The notes: a model not told the origin generated them from the sequence alone. A stretch of 64,000 bases of DNA from Candidatus Pacearchaeota archaeon CG_4_10_14_0_2_um_filter_35_33 (GCA_002792635.1 PFOR01000012.1:24475-88474); one strand, 5' to 3'. Positions 9,173 to 18,617 are shown, counted from the first letter of the stretch. A program made the numbers and translations.

Positions 9173-9180
9173 GTTTAAAA
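9173..9180 (+). promoter_or_regulatory. archaeal TATA-box-like element (TTTAAAAG) about 25 nt upstream of the tRNA-Ser 5' end
   Basis: A/T box at the canonical -25/-30 distance from the mature tRNA start. Confidence 0.3.
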
Positions 9181-9204
9181 GGAATATTTTGATGATAATA
9201 TCGT

Positions 9205-9285
9205 GCCGCTGTTGGGCAATGGTCGCCCGCTGGTCTTGAGAACCAGTTTCCTCTGGATGTCCCGGTTCGACTCCGGGCAGCGGCG
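9205..9285 (+). tRNA. tRNA-Ser (anticodon UGA), no encoded CCA
   Basis: Manual cloverleaf fold. Acceptor GCCGCTG/CAGCGGC (7 bp) with discriminator G. D-stem GGGC/GCCC. Anticodon stem CTGGT/ACCAG with loop CTTGAGA. 14-nt variable arm (class II). T-stem CCCGG/CCGGG with loop TTCGACT. Confidence 0.85.
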
Positions 9286-9399
9286 TATGAAAACATTATT
9301 GGTTGATGGGATGTATTGTATTTATAATGAAGATTTTAATGTTAATTCTGAGTTATTGGAGATCAAAAAGTTCTTATGTTTTACCCAACACTAAAGTGT

Positions 9400-9750
9400 G
9401 GGGTTTGTTTGAACTTTTGGATGCTCAGGCAACCTTGACATAATCAAGAGATTTGATGTTAAAAAGATATTAGTGGTTAATGGGTTTAGAGAAAAGGGAA
9501 GGAAGGCTGTTGGCTGGGGATTTGAAGCATTTTCCCTGGAAGAAGAAGGAATAAAGAAAACGGATGAGGAATGTTGGAGAGTTTGAACCCTGAGATAGAT
9601 TTGTTGATGATAATGAGGAATTGACTGGGAACGCTCAAAAGTATATGGATAGAATTCAGGAATTAACAGGAAAGGAATTTGTGTTGCATGGGACATGTCC
9701 AAGGAATACTGATGTTGTAGAAGTTAGGGATGTTATTAGAGGGGCAGCTT
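9400..9750 (+). pseudogene. gene remnant(s) downstream of tRNA-Ser; frame-shifted protein-like segments, family not recognised
   Basis: Segments …DIIKRFDVKKILVVNGFREKGRKAVGWGFEAFSLEEEGIKKTDEECWRV* and …DRFVDDNEELTGNAQKYMDRIQELTGKEFVLHGTCPRNTDVVEVRDVIRGAA* lie in different frames with no start codon. Confidence 0.2.
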
Positions 9751-10006
9751 AATCAAACAACTTTTTCCAGAAAGATTTCTTTTCTTCCGGTTCTATTCTT
9801 TCATATGTTATTTTAGGTTTTGTTTTTAGGACTGGTGCTTTCCTAATCATCTCTTTTTCGACTTTTTCAAATGCCTTTTCTATAGAACGGATTGAATGGC
9901 CTTGATTGATTAGTGCCTGCCTTAAAGTTTCTTTTTGATACCCTTTTTTCAGATTCTTTTTAATATAAATTTGCAGTTGATACGTGTAGTCTGCCTGATT
10001 TACCAT
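9749..10006 (-). CDS. hypothetical protein
   Basis: 85-aa ORF, K/E-rich. Confidence 0.3.
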   Translation of the reverse strand: MVNQADYTYQLQIYIKKNLKKGYQKETLRQALINQGHSIRSIEKAFEKVEKEMIRKAPVLKTKPKITYERIEPEEKKSFWKKLFD

Positions 10007-10041
10007 AAAAATACCTAGATAAGAGATATTTAAAGATATAT

Positions 10042-11511
10042 TTACTTTATTTCAATTGCTTCTGAAGATTTGAAGAACCTAATTGCCTGGTTCAATTTGT
10101 CTTTGGATTCGGCGTGGATTTCTATTAATATCTGACCTTTCTTTATTTTTTGACCTTTGTGGACGTGTAAAAATAAACCTGCTGCCTTGTTTACTGGTGA
10201 ACCTGCCAACCTGGCAAGATGATTAATTTCTTGATTGCGAATTTTTCTTACATTTCCAGAAGACTTGGATTCTATTCTTTTAACGAATTTAGCTCTTTTT
10301 AGATTCTTTAATGAACCATTTTGCGCCTTAATTATTTGTTCGAATTTTTTCAATGCCTTTCCAGAGTCAAGAATTTCCCTTGCTAATTTTTGGCCTTTTC
10401 CTTTTTTAGTTTTCCCAATCATTTCTAAGATTATTGCTGCAAGTTTTATTGCCTTGTCTTCCAAATCTTTTGGAGGGTTGTTTCTACTTAGGACTCTTAA
10501 GAGGTCTTTTATTTCTAATAATGGGCCAACTCCATTTCCAATTGGTTGACTTCCGTCAGTTAAAACAGTCTCTAGTTTTAACTTGAAGTGTTTAGCAATA
10601 TTCTTAAACTTTTTCTTTAGTTTTTTTGCACCTTTTTTGGAAACTTTTGCTCCTTCTCCGTAAGGGATGTCGATAAGAACATATTTACTTCCTGCAGCTA
10701 ATTTTTTAGCAAGTATTGATGCAATTAGTTGCGATTCGGGATCAAGGTGAATTATTTTTTCAACCTGGATTAATTTATCATCGGCTGGTGCTAAACCAAG
10801 TGATCCTCCCCAAGCCAAGCAAGCATTGGTTTTATTCACTATCCTTTTTAATTTTGCAATTGGAAAATCAATGTCTGCTACAGATTCAATAACGTCTGCT
10901 GTTCCTGCTGCCGTTGTGATTGCACGAGAAGAAGTTTTTGGCATCTTTATGCCTGCGGAAGCACAAATGGAAACAACTAGTGGTGTTGTTCTATTGCCCG
11001 GCACTCCTCCGATTGAATGCTTATCTGCTATTTTGGATGAACGCCAATTTATAATGTTTCCATTTTTATAAATTGATTCGGTTAGATATGCTGTTTCCTT
11101 TTCAGTCATTCCGCAATGATAGACTCCTGAAATAAAGAATGCAATTTCTGCTTCAGTTAATTTATCATCCACAATATCTTTTATTATTAAGTCAATTTCT
11201 TTTTTTGTATATTCCTTACAGAAAGCCTTTTTCCGCAATAAAAGTGAACTTTTCGGAACTGGTACAATTTCTAGTTCTACTCTATCGCCTGACTTAACTT
11301 TTAATTCTGAAATTATTAAATGGGATGCTCCTAGCTCTCCTGGATTAAAATAGCTCTCCGCAACGTCGACAATCCCTATCGATTTTCTTTTGTTGATTGA
11401 AACTTCTACTCTATCGCCTATGTTGATATTAAGTTTGACTGCATCAGCCTTGTTCATGTACACTATAGGTTTCCCTGCTCCAATCTTGAAAGATTTTATT
11501 TTAAACTTCAC
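10042..11511 (-). CDS. deoA: AMP phosphorylase / thymidine phosphorylase family (archaeal DeoA type with N-terminal extension)
   Basis: Pyrimidine-nucleoside phosphorylase motif DKHSIGGVPGNRTT…TSSRAITTAAGTAD. 489 aa with a ~80-aa N-terminal extension, typical of archaeal AMP phosphorylases. Confidence 0.8.
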   Translation of the reverse strand: MKFKIKSFKIGAGKPIVYMNKADAVKLNINIGDRVEVSINKRKSIGIVDVAESYFNPGELGASHLIISELKVKSGDRVELEIVPVPKSSLLLRKKAFCKEYTKKEIDLIIKDIVDDKLTEAEIAFFISGVYHCGMTEKETAYLTESIYKNGNIINWRSSKIADKHSIGGVPGNRTTPLVVSICASAGIKMPKTSSRAITTAAGTADVIESVADIDFPIAKLKRIVNKTNACLAWGGSLGLAPADDKLIQVEKIIHLDPESQLIASILAKKLAAGSKYVLIDIPYGEGAKVSKKGAKKLKKKFKNIAKHFKLKLETVLTDGSQPIGNGVGPLLEIKDLLRVLSRNNPPKDLEDKAIKLAAIILEMIGKTKKGKGQKLAREILDSGKALKKFEQIIKAQNGSLKNLKRAKFVKRIESKSSGNVRKIRNQEINHLARLAGSPVNKAAGLFLHVHKGQKIKKGQILIEIHAESKDKLNQAIRFFKSSEAIEIK

Positions 11512-11513
11512 TT

Positions 11514-12548
11514 CTAATTCCCTTTTATAAACATCTTCGACAGTTCCTTGTTTTTGTAAGCTGTCAAAAATATGATTAAGTATGCAAGAATTAATGGACC
11601 AATTATAAGACCCATCAATCCAAATACAAATAGCCCACCTATCATCCCAATTAAAGCAATTACAGGAGAAATGCTGGATTGTTTAGAAACTATATATGGC
11701 CTAAGCAGGTTGTCTAAGGATGAAACTATTAATGCCCCATAAAGAATTAACAATCCCCCTGCTATTGGGTTTCCTGTTGTGAATAAATAAAGGGCTGTAG
11801 GCAGATAAACAAGCCAGGGTCCAAAGAGTGGAAAAATAGCGGTAAATACTGCGATTACTGTTAATAGAAATGCCTTGGGAACTCCGAATACAAATAATCC
11901 GATTCCTGTTGCGATGCCTTGAATTACTCCAATGATTATATATCCGTACACTATGGAATTTGTGATTCCCTTAAACTCCTTGACAAATATTTTTTCTTGT
12001 TGCTTGTTTAATGGAGATAGTTCTGAAACGTATTCCCCTAATTTCTCTTGATCCCTGAGTGCAAAGAAGAATACAAAAACGAAAACAGCACCTTGTAGCA
12101 GAAGGTTAGGGAGTCCTTTGAAAAAGTTTACTAGCCAATTTAATGAGCCTGAAACTGCGTTGCTAATGAAATTTGATGTAACTGATGTAACTTCTCTTAC
12201 AAATCCTTCAGAGGCCGTTGGGAATATTTTTGAGATTAGAGAAGCTATATCTAAACCTTGAAGTAGTGTGAAGAGTCCGAATACTTGACCTATTAATACC
12301 CTTAATGTGAACCACCCTAACACGACAATTACCAGTATTATTATTAAGGAGACTAGGAGTGCTGAGATGGTGGGTCTTTTAATTTTATTATTTATTTTTT
12401 TATAAAGTGGGTCTGCTATATATGCAAAGACCAATCCTGATAAGATTGCCAAAAAAATTGATTTTATCAAGAAAAAAGCTATTGCTAAAAGAACTACAAT
12501 TATTGCTACGGCAGTTAGTTTATTGAAGGATTTTCCATCTATCTGCAT
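11514..12548 (-). CDS. AI-2E family transporter (UPF0118/PerM-like permease)
   Basis: 8 predicted TM helices and the conserved …SLDNLLRPYIVSK… region typical of AI-2E. Confidence 0.7.
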   Translation of the reverse strand: MQIDGKSFNKLTAVAIIVVLLAIAFFLIKSIFLAILSGLVFAYIADPLYKKINNKIKRPTISALLVSLIIILVIVVLGWFTLRVLIGQVFGLFTLLQGLDIASLISKIFPTASEGFVREVTSVTSNFISNAVSGSLNWLVNFFKGLPNLLLQGAVFVFVFFFALRDQEKLGEYVSELSPLNKQQEKIFVKEFKGITNSIVYGYIIIGVIQGIATGIGLFVFGVPKAFLLTVIAVFTAIFPLFGPWLVYLPTALYLFTTGNPIAGGLLILYGALIVSSLDNLLRPYIVSKQSSISPVIALIGMIGGLFVFGLMGLIIGPLILAYLIIFLTAYKNKELSKMFIKGN

Positions 12549-12626
12549 AATATACTTGAGAAAATTTAGTATATAAACCTGTCTGGAATTGAAAATTTTT
12601 ATAAAGTCTGAATTCCGATATGATTA

Positions 12627-13328
12627 ATGAATGGGTTTGTAAAGAAGATATTTGACGGGAAAATTGATGATTTAGTACACTTGCAATTTGAGAAGTTTGG
12701 CCGGGGGGAGTATAAAGATAGGGCAATGGTATTGGCAAAAAGAGTAGGAAATAGAGTGAATATTAACACAACTGCTGAATATGGTAATGAATTTGTCAGA
12801 ACGATGGGGGATAAACTGGGAAATGGAAAGACTAAAGTTAGTGGGGTTGTAATCTCGACAAGGGATTTAACAGGTAAATTAAAGTTTGATGATAAAAAGC
12901 AATTTATGGGCGTTAAAAAATATATTATCTCTGACGAAATGACTGGAAAGGAAATTCTGGAGTTATGTGATGAATTTCCGAGGGCCTTTCTGGGGCTATC
13001 ATTTAAGGTTGGGGAAGATGAATTAAAGATAAAGCCAAAGGCTCCGAAATCTGGAAAACCATCTACAAAAGGAGGGAATAAGCTAAAAGTAGACTTCTGC
13101 AAGCTGAAAACAAGTGATGAAAAAATTATCAGGGCTGTTTTATTTGATGTTGACAACTTTAAGAATGTTGAGATTAAGCATACTTTCTTGATTAAGGACA
13201 TAATACTTCCAGAAGGTGTTGAGGACCCTAATAAGATGAGGGAGATGGCAAAAAGAAAGGGGAAAATAATCAGGGAAAGGAATGTTGATGGAATTGATTT
13301 GAAGGAAGAAAAGGATTTTGTTGTCTAA
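12627..13328 (+). CDS. hypothetical protein
   Basis: 233-aa ORF with globular, K/E-rich composition. The antisense ORF 12599-13201 was rejected as low-complexity. Confidence 0.4.
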   Translation: MNGFVKKIFDGKIDDLVHLQFEKFGRGEYKDRAMVLAKRVGNRVNINTTAEYGNEFVRTMGDKLGNGKTKVSGVVISTRDLTGKLKFDDKKQFMGVKKYIISDEMTGKEILELCDEFPRAFLGLSFKVGEDELKIKPKAPKSGKPSTKGGNKLKVDFCKLKTSDEKIIRAVLFDVDNFKNVEIKHTFLIKDIILPEGVEDPNKMREMAKRKGKIIRERNVDGIDLKEEKDFVV

Positions 13329-13423
13329 TCCATAGATTTATAAATCATTAAAATCAGATTGTTCTGTGTGGAATAACTAAATTTGGTGGAGTTACGCCAA
13401 AATTAAGATGATAGTATTGAGAA

Positions 13424-14356
13424 ATGCCTACAACAACAAGACCAAGATTTGGAAGCTTGCAGTATTGGCCTCGTAAAAGGGCCAAAAAGTTTATTCCTAG
13501 TGTTAACTGGAGACACATTAAGGCCGATTCTGAAGGTATTTTGGGTTTGATTTCTTATAAAGTAGGGATGGGGACTGCAGTTGTAAAAGATAATACTGAC
13601 AAATCCTTGACGAAGGGTAAGAGAAAAGCTATTCCCGTGACTGTTCTTGAGGTGCCGAAGATGAAGATTTTCTGCGTAAGATTCTATAAAAACGGACAAG
13701 TTGCAAAAGATGTTATCGTTAGTAATGATAAAGAGCTCAAGAAGGTACTGAAAGTTCCAAAAAATGTTAGTGGTGATTTGGATAAAGTTGATGGGTGGGA
13801 TGACATCAGAATTATAGTTTATTCTGTTCCTGGATTCAAGAAGGTTCCGGATTTAGCAGAATTGGGGATAAATGCAGAGAATAAACTTGCTTTTGTTAAA
13901 AGCCTTATTGGGAGGGAAATTTCCCCAGAAGATATTATGAAGTGGAAATTAGTGGACGTTCGTGGATTAACAAAGGGAAAAGGATTGCAAGGGCCTGTAA
14001 GAAGGTTTGGGATAACATTGAAGGTTGCAAAATCTGAAAAAGGAAGAAGGAAGCCTGGAAGCTTAGGGCCTTGGAAACCATCAAGAGTTACGTTTAGAGT
14101 TCCTATGGCTGGACAATTAGGTATGTTTACAAGAGTACATTATAATAACAAGGTTATTGATTTTGGAAATGTGAAAGAAAAAGATGTGAATAAAAAAGAA
14201 GGTTTCAAGAGATATGGTAAAATAAAGGGAAATTATATTATTGTTGCGGGGAGTGTTCAGGGACCTAGCAAGAGGCAGATATTGATTACTCCTGCTATGA
14301 GGCCTAATAAGAAACAGAGCAAAAAGGATTATGAGTTATTGGAGGTTAAGTTCTGA
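13424..14356 (+). CDS. rpl3: 50S ribosomal protein L3
   Basis: L3 family sequence. First gene of the conserved L3-L4-L23-L2 block. Confidence 0.9.
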   Translation: MPTTTRPRFGSLQYWPRKRAKKFIPSVNWRHIKADSEGILGLISYKVGMGTAVVKDNTDKSLTKGKRKAIPVTVLEVPKMKIFCVRFYKNGQVAKDVIVSNDKELKKVLKVPKNVSGDLDKVDGWDDIRIIVYSVPGFKKVPDLAELGINAENKLAFVKSLIGREISPEDIMKWKLVDVRGLTKGKGLQGPVRRFGITLKVAKSEKGRRKPGSLGPWKPSRVTFRVPMAGQLGMFTRVHYNNKVIDFGNVKEKDVNKKEGFKRYGKIKGNYIIVAGSVQGPSKRQILITPAMRPNKKQSKKDYELLEVKF

Positions 14357-15132
14357 TGAAAGGTGTACTGTATGATTTGAAAGGAAAGAAGAAAGGCGAG
14401 ATAGGAATGCCTGAATTATTTAACGGAAGAGTTAGAAAAGATATTGTCGCGAAGTTTTTTGAAGCTGATAAATTCATCCAACCTTATTCTCCTGATAGAA
14501 AAGCAGGAAAAAAGCATTCTGCTTCTGGAACTATAAGCCATAAGAGGCATGACTGGAAAGCCCACTATGGAAGGGGAATTTCCAGAGTTCCAAGGAAGAG
14601 CATGTGGCGAAGGGGGACTCAATTTTTCTGGGTTGGTGCTGAAATAGCCTCTACTAGAGGTGGAAGAAGAGCCCATCCTCCAAAAGGAATTGGGAAAGAA
14701 AAAAAGATTAACAAAAAAGAGATTAAGATTGCGTTTAATTCTGCTTTTGCTGCAACTGCGGATAAAGAGTGGATAGAAAAGAGATATTCTTCATTAGACA
14801 AGTTTGACACGAAAGTTCCTGTGATAATTGAGAGTAAACTAGAAAAGGTTAAAACCAAGGATGTGTTAAATGCTTTGAAAGAGATTTTTGGCAAATCATT
14901 TAACCTGATTGTCAAAAAAAGAAAGGTAAGGGCAGGAAAAGGCAAGGCAAGAGGGAGAAAATACAAGAGCAACGCAGGATTGTTAATTCTGAAGGGAAAG
15001 GATGAAAATTTCAAGTTGAATGGTTTTGATGTAAAGAATGTTAATGATGTGTCTATTTCTGACTTATATCCTTTGGGAAGATTAACTGTTTACACTGAAA
15101 AAGCAATTAAAGAATTAGGAGAAACAAAATGA
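14356..15132 (+). CDS. rpl4: 50S ribosomal protein L4 (L4/L1e)
   Basis: L4 family sequence. ATGA overlap with L3. Confidence 0.9.
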   Translation: MKGVLYDLKGKKKGEIGMPELFNGRVRKDIVAKFFEADKFIQPYSPDRKAGKKHSASGTISHKRHDWKAHYGRGISRVPRKSMWRRGTQFFWVGAEIASTRGGRRAHPPKGIGKEKKINKKEIKIAFNSAFAATADKEWIEKRYSSLDKFDTKVPVIIESKLEKVKTKDVLNALKEIFGKSFNLIVKKRKVRAGKGKARGRKYKSNAGLLILKGKDENFKLNGFDVKNVNDVSISDLYPLGRLTVYTEKAIKELGETK

Positions 15133-15371
15133 TATTGAAACCAGTGACATCGGAAAAAGTTGTTAGAATGATGGACATGGATAATACATTGGTTTTCGAA
15201 GTTGAAAGAAAAACAAAAAAGGAAGAGGCAAAGAAAGAAGTTGAAAAAGTTTTCAAGGTTAAAATTGAAAAGATTAGATCTTCTATTAAGAAAAATAAGA
15301 AGTTTGTTTATGTTAAACTTAAGAAGGAGAATCCGGCGATTGATGTTGCAACTAAGCTGGGAATGATATAA
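15129..15371 (+). CDS. rpl23: 50S ribosomal protein L23
   Basis: L23 family, 80 aa. 4-nt overlap with L4. Confidence 0.85.
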   Translation: MILKPVTSEKVVRMMDMDNTLVFEVERKTKKEEAKKEVEKVFKVKIEKIRSSIKKNKKFVYVKLKKENPAIDVATKLGMI

Positions 15372-15375
15372 GAAA

Positions 15376-16074
15376 ATGGGAAAGAGAATAATTCAACAGG
15401 CAAGAGGAAAAGGAAGCTTAACTTATAGAGTTAGAAAAAAAGCATTTAGAAGGAAAGTTAAGTATCCATTGCATGAAGGGACCGCAAAAGTTGTTAAGAT
15501 TTTACATTCAAGCGCACATAGTGCTCCACTGATGAAATTAGAAGTTGTGGGGGAAATGTTTTACAACGTAGCATTTAATGGGGCCTCCGAAGGTATCAAG
15601 GTAAGTATTGGAAAAGGAAAAGCAGAACAAGGGAATATTCTTGCCCTTCAAAACATACCTGTCGGGACTAAGATATACAATATTGAAAGAAACCCTGGAG
15701 ACGGGGGAAAGATGATTAGAGCTGCCGGAAGCAGTGCTGTTGTTTCTAAGAAATATGAACATAACAAAATTGGAATTACGATGCCCAACAGAAAGGAAAT
15801 AAAGTTAGACAGGGGTTGCAGAGCCACGATTGGCGTGGTTGCTGGAGAAGGAAAGAAGCAAAAACCATTTTTGAAGGCAGGAAGAAAATATTATAAAATG
15901 AAAGCGAGAGGAAAGTTATATCCCAGAATATCTGCAGTTAGCGTAAATGCAATAGATCATCCATTTGGGTCTGGTAGAGGGAAGAGAATTAAGTCAAAGA
16001 TAGCTAAGAGAAATGCTCCTCCAGGAAGAAAGGTAGGACACTTAAGACCGAGGAGGACTGGAAAGAAGAAGTAA
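15376..16074 (+). CDS. rpl2: 50S ribosomal protein L2
   Basis: L2 family sequence (…GGGKMIRAAGSSAVV…HPFGSGRGK…). Confidence 0.9.
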   Translation: MGKRIIQQARGKGSLTYRVRKKAFRRKVKYPLHEGTAKVVKILHSSAHSAPLMKLEVVGEMFYNVAFNGASEGIKVSIGKGKAEQGNILALQNIPVGTKIYNIERNPGDGGKMIRAAGSSAVVSKKYEHNKIGITMPNRKEIKLDRGCRATIGVVAGEGKKQKPFLKAGRKYYKMKARGKLYPRISAVSVNAIDHPFGSGRGKRIKSKIAKRNAPPGRKVGHLRPRRTGKKK

Positions 16075-16075
16075 A

Positions 16076-16513
16076 ATGGCAAAAGGAAAAAAATCTAAAA
16101 GGAAAAAGCAAAAACAAGAAATAAGAGTGGAGGGAAGAGAGAAATTTTATAGAGGGAAGAACCTTGAGGAATTAAAAAGCTTGGATATTAGGGAAGTTGC
16201 TAAATTGATGCCTGCAAGAAGTAGAAGAACTGTTTTGAGAAATTCAGATGTTATTCAAAAATTTATTAATTCATGCAAAAAAAAGAACTCAAGGGGAAAG
16301 AAGATAAGAACCCATAAAAGAGATTTAATTATAGTTCCTGGATTGGTAGGGATGGTTATTGCAGTTCATAATGGGAGGAATTTCGAGCAAGTTCCAATAA
16401 GCATTGAGATGATTGGACATAGGTTAGGAGAATTCTCCCAAACTAGAGGAAAAGTAAACCATTCTGGAGCCGGAGTTGGAGCAACTAAGGGTTCTAGGGC
16501 TAAGAAGAAATAA
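16076..16513 (+). CDS. rps19: 30S ribosomal protein S19
   Basis: S19 core …IIVPGLVGMVIAVHNGRNFEQVPISIEMIGHRLGEFSQTR…. Confidence 0.9.
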   Translation: MAKGKKSKRKKQKQEIRVEGREKFYRGKNLEELKSLDIREVAKLMPARSRRTVLRNSDVIQKFINSCKKKNSRGKKIRTHKRDLIIVPGLVGMVIAVHNGRNFEQVPISIEMIGHRLGEFSQTRGKVNHSGAGVGATKGSRAKKK

Positions 16514-16514
16514 A

Positions 16515-17090
16515 ATGGTAGAAGAAAAGAAAGACAAGAAAGTAAAGACGGAAGAGAAGTTTGTTGAGAAAGAAGCAAAGAAGGAAGAGAGAGTAGAAAC
16601 TAAGAAAGAAGAAGTAGAAGCAAAGAAGGGAAAGAAAGAAAATGATAAGAAAGATGGAAAGAAAGACAAGAAAGCAAAGAAAGTCGAGCCTAAAAGGCCG
16701 AAGAAAGATGAAGCTGTTGCTATCGGAAGAAATCTTAGAGTTTCAAAAAAGAATGCCGGTTACGTGTGTAGATTCATTAAGGGAAAAGATATTGATAAGG
16801 CAATTTTTGACCTTGGAGAGGTTATTAAAATGAGAAAAGCCGTTCCTTTTAAAGGAGAGATACCCCATAGGAAAGGAATGATGTCTGGAAGATACCCGGT
16901 TAAAGCTGCAGGAGAATTTATCAAATTACTTAAGGGATTGAAGGGAAACGTTATAGTTAATGGGATGGACTTGGATAAAACAAGGATATCTATTGCTTCT
17001 GCTAGTTGGAGTAGTAGGCCGATGAGGAGTGGAGGAAGAAAATCAAAGAGAACTAATGTTTTGTTAAAAGCAAGGGAGGCTAAGAAATAA
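16515..17090 (+). CDS. rpl22: 50S ribosomal protein L22 with ~50-aa K/E-rich N-terminal extension
   Basis: L22 core (…GRNLRVSKKNAGYVCRFIKGKDIDKAI…) preceded by a lysine/glutamate low-complexity region. Start taken at the ATG right after the S19 stop. Confidence 0.85.
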   Translation: MVEEKKDKKVKTEEKFVEKEAKKEERVETKKEEVEAKKGKKENDKKDGKKDKKAKKVEPKRPKKDEAVAIGRNLRVSKKNAGYVCRFIKGKDIDKAIFDLGEVIKMRKAVPFKGEIPHRKGMMSGRYPVKAAGEFIKLLKGLKGNVIVNGMDLDKTRISIASASWSSRPMRSGGRKSKRTNVLLKAREAKK

Positions 17091-17776
17091 TGGAAGAGAA
17101 AAAATTTGTAAAATTTAAGAAAGAAGAACTTGGCGTTAAAGAATACATAAAGAGATCTCTTGGAAAGGGAAGAATTAGTGAGGTAAATATTGAATATACT
17201 CCTGTTGGTGAAAAAATTGTTGTTTCGACTAATAGGCCGGGACTTGTTATTGGTAGAAAAGGGGAAAAAATAAATGAAATGACTGCTGTTTTGAAAAAGA
17301 AGTTTGACCTTGATAACCCTCATATAGAAATAAGAGAAATACTGAATGAAAATCTTGATGCTCAAATTGTTGCAGATTTCATTGCTCTTGAACTTGAAAG
17401 AAAAGGCTCATTGAAATTTAAATTGATAGCTTACCGAAGTTTGAAGAATATAATGAACGCTAAGGCGCTTGGAGCGGAAATTGTATTGTCAGGAAAACTG
17501 CCAAGCGATAGAGCAAGAACCTGGAGGTTCGCTCAAGGCTACTTGAAGAAAACAGGTGATCCTGCAAAAGTTGTTAACAGGGCTCAAGCACAAGCAACAA
17601 CTCTCCAAGGTGTTGTAGGAATTAAAGTAAGTATCTTGCCACCTGGTGCTCACATACATGATAAAATTGTAGTTGATGAAGAATTAAGAAACAAAGTGAA
17701 GATTGTTGTTGAAGATGTTGAAGAAAAGCCAAAGAAAAAAGTTGGCAAGAAGAAATCAGGAGGTAAGAAGAAATGA
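17090..17776 (+). CDS. rps3: 30S ribosomal protein S3
   Basis: KH-domain S3 sequence (…VVSTNRPGLVIGRKGEKINE…) with K-rich tail. Confidence 0.9.
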   Translation: MEEKKFVKFKKEELGVKEYIKRSLGKGRISEVNIEYTPVGEKIVVSTNRPGLVIGRKGEKINEMTAVLKKKFDLDNPHIEIREILNENLDAQIVADFIALELERKGSLKFKLIAYRSLKNIMNAKALGAEIVLSGKLPSDRARTWRFAQGYLKKTGDPAKVVNRAQAQATTLQGVVGIKVSILPPGAHIHDKIVVDEELRNKVKIVVEDVEEKPKKKVGKKKSGGKKK

Positions 17777-17973
17777 GTTTGTTAAAATATAGTGAATTGG
17801 AAAAAATGGATAAGAGATCTCTTGAATCCAAGTTGAATGACTTGAAAATGGAATTGGCGAAGGCGAACGTTGCTGCAAACAAGCAAACCGCCAAGACCAA
17901 AGAGATTAAAAAGGCAATTTCAAGGATATTAACGTTCACCAAAACCCACAAGGTGGAGGTGAAAAATAAATAG
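17773..17973 (+). CDS. rpl29: 50S ribosomal protein L29
   Basis: 66-aa helical L29 (…LKMELAKANVAANKQTAKTKEIKKAISRI…). Confidence 0.85.
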   Translation: MSLLKYSELEKMDKRSLESKLNDLKMELAKANVAANKQTAKTKEIKKAISRILTFTKTHKVEVKNK

Positions 17974-17975
17974 CC

Positions 17976-18275
17976 ATGGAGATAGATCCAAAGACAGGTT
18001 TACCTGTTGAAGCTATTGCTTGGGAAGATCTCGCCAAAAGCGAGCAGAAGATAAAGGTGTCGTTAGATACCCGAAGATATGGGAAGAAGATTACCATTGT
18101 TTCGGGATTTGACAAGGGAATCGACATCAAGGCAACTGCCAAACAACTTAAGGCAGAGTTGGCTTGTGGAGGAACTGTTAAGGACGGTAACATCGAACTT
18201 CAAGGAGATCACAGAAAGAAAGTGAGAGAAGTCCTTGTTAAGGTGGGCTTCGACGAAGATTCGATATCTGAATAG
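17976..18275 (+). CDS. sui1: translation initiation factor aSUI1 (eIF1 homologue)
   Basis: SUI1 signature …RRYGKKITIVSGFDKGIDIKATAKQLKAELACGGTVKDGNIELQGDHRKKV…. Confidence 0.85.
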   Translation: MEIDPKTGLPVEAIAWEDLAKSEQKIKVSLDTRRYGKKITIVSGFDKGIDIKATAKQLKAELACGGTVKDGNIELQGDHRKKVREVLVKVGFDEDSISE

Positions 18276-18308
18276 CAATAGTTAGACAGGAAAAGAGGAG
18301 AATAGAAG

Positions 18309-18617
18309 ATGGAAAAGAAAAAGAAATCTACAGTGAGGAAAGAAAAAAAGATAGTTGGAACCTTATCATCTAGAGGAAGAACCTTCCGGGGAATTGTTGT
18401 GAAGAAATTCCCTCATAGGGTTGTTGTTGAATTAGAAAGAACTGTTAAGGAAAAGAAATATGAGAGGCTTTCAAAGAAGAAAACAAGATTGCATGCTAGA
18501 CTTCCTGCTGAGATGAAAGTTAAAGAGGGGGATGCTGTTAGAGTTAGGGAAACAAGGCCATTGAGCAAGATTGTACATTTTATAGTTATAGAAGTATTGG
18601 GGGGAAAAGAAGAATGA
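18309..18617 (+). CDS. rps17: 30S ribosomal protein S17
   Basis: S17 OB-fold (…GIVVKKFPHRVVVELERT…GDAVRVRETRPLSK…). Confidence 0.85.
   Translation: MEKKKKSTVRKEKKIVGTLSSRGRTFRGIVVKKFPHRVVVELERTVKEKKYERLSKKKTRLHARLPAEMKVKEGDAVRVRETRPLSKIVHFIVIEVLGGKEE

Noticed and set aside
9203-9394. 63-aa ORF MPLLGNGRPLVLRTSFLWMSRFDSGQRRM…
   Set aside because: It overlaps a well-folding tRNA-Ser gene and its reading is tRNA sequence, so it is spurious.
12599-13201. 200-aa minus-strand ORF overlapping the 12627-13328 plus-strand ORF
   Set aside because: Its composition is low-complexity (S/F/L/N-rich). The plus-strand product looks globular and K/E-balanced, so the plus ORF was preferred, though neither has a recognised family.
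16424-16669. Antisense and alternative-frame ORFs inside r-protein genes (e.g. 16424-16669, 18586-18915, 18662-19003, 23011-23268, 22998-23198)
   Set aside because: These are S/F/L-rich low-complexity reverse readings of Lys/Glu-rich coding sequence, and they overlap confidently identified ribosomal protein genes.
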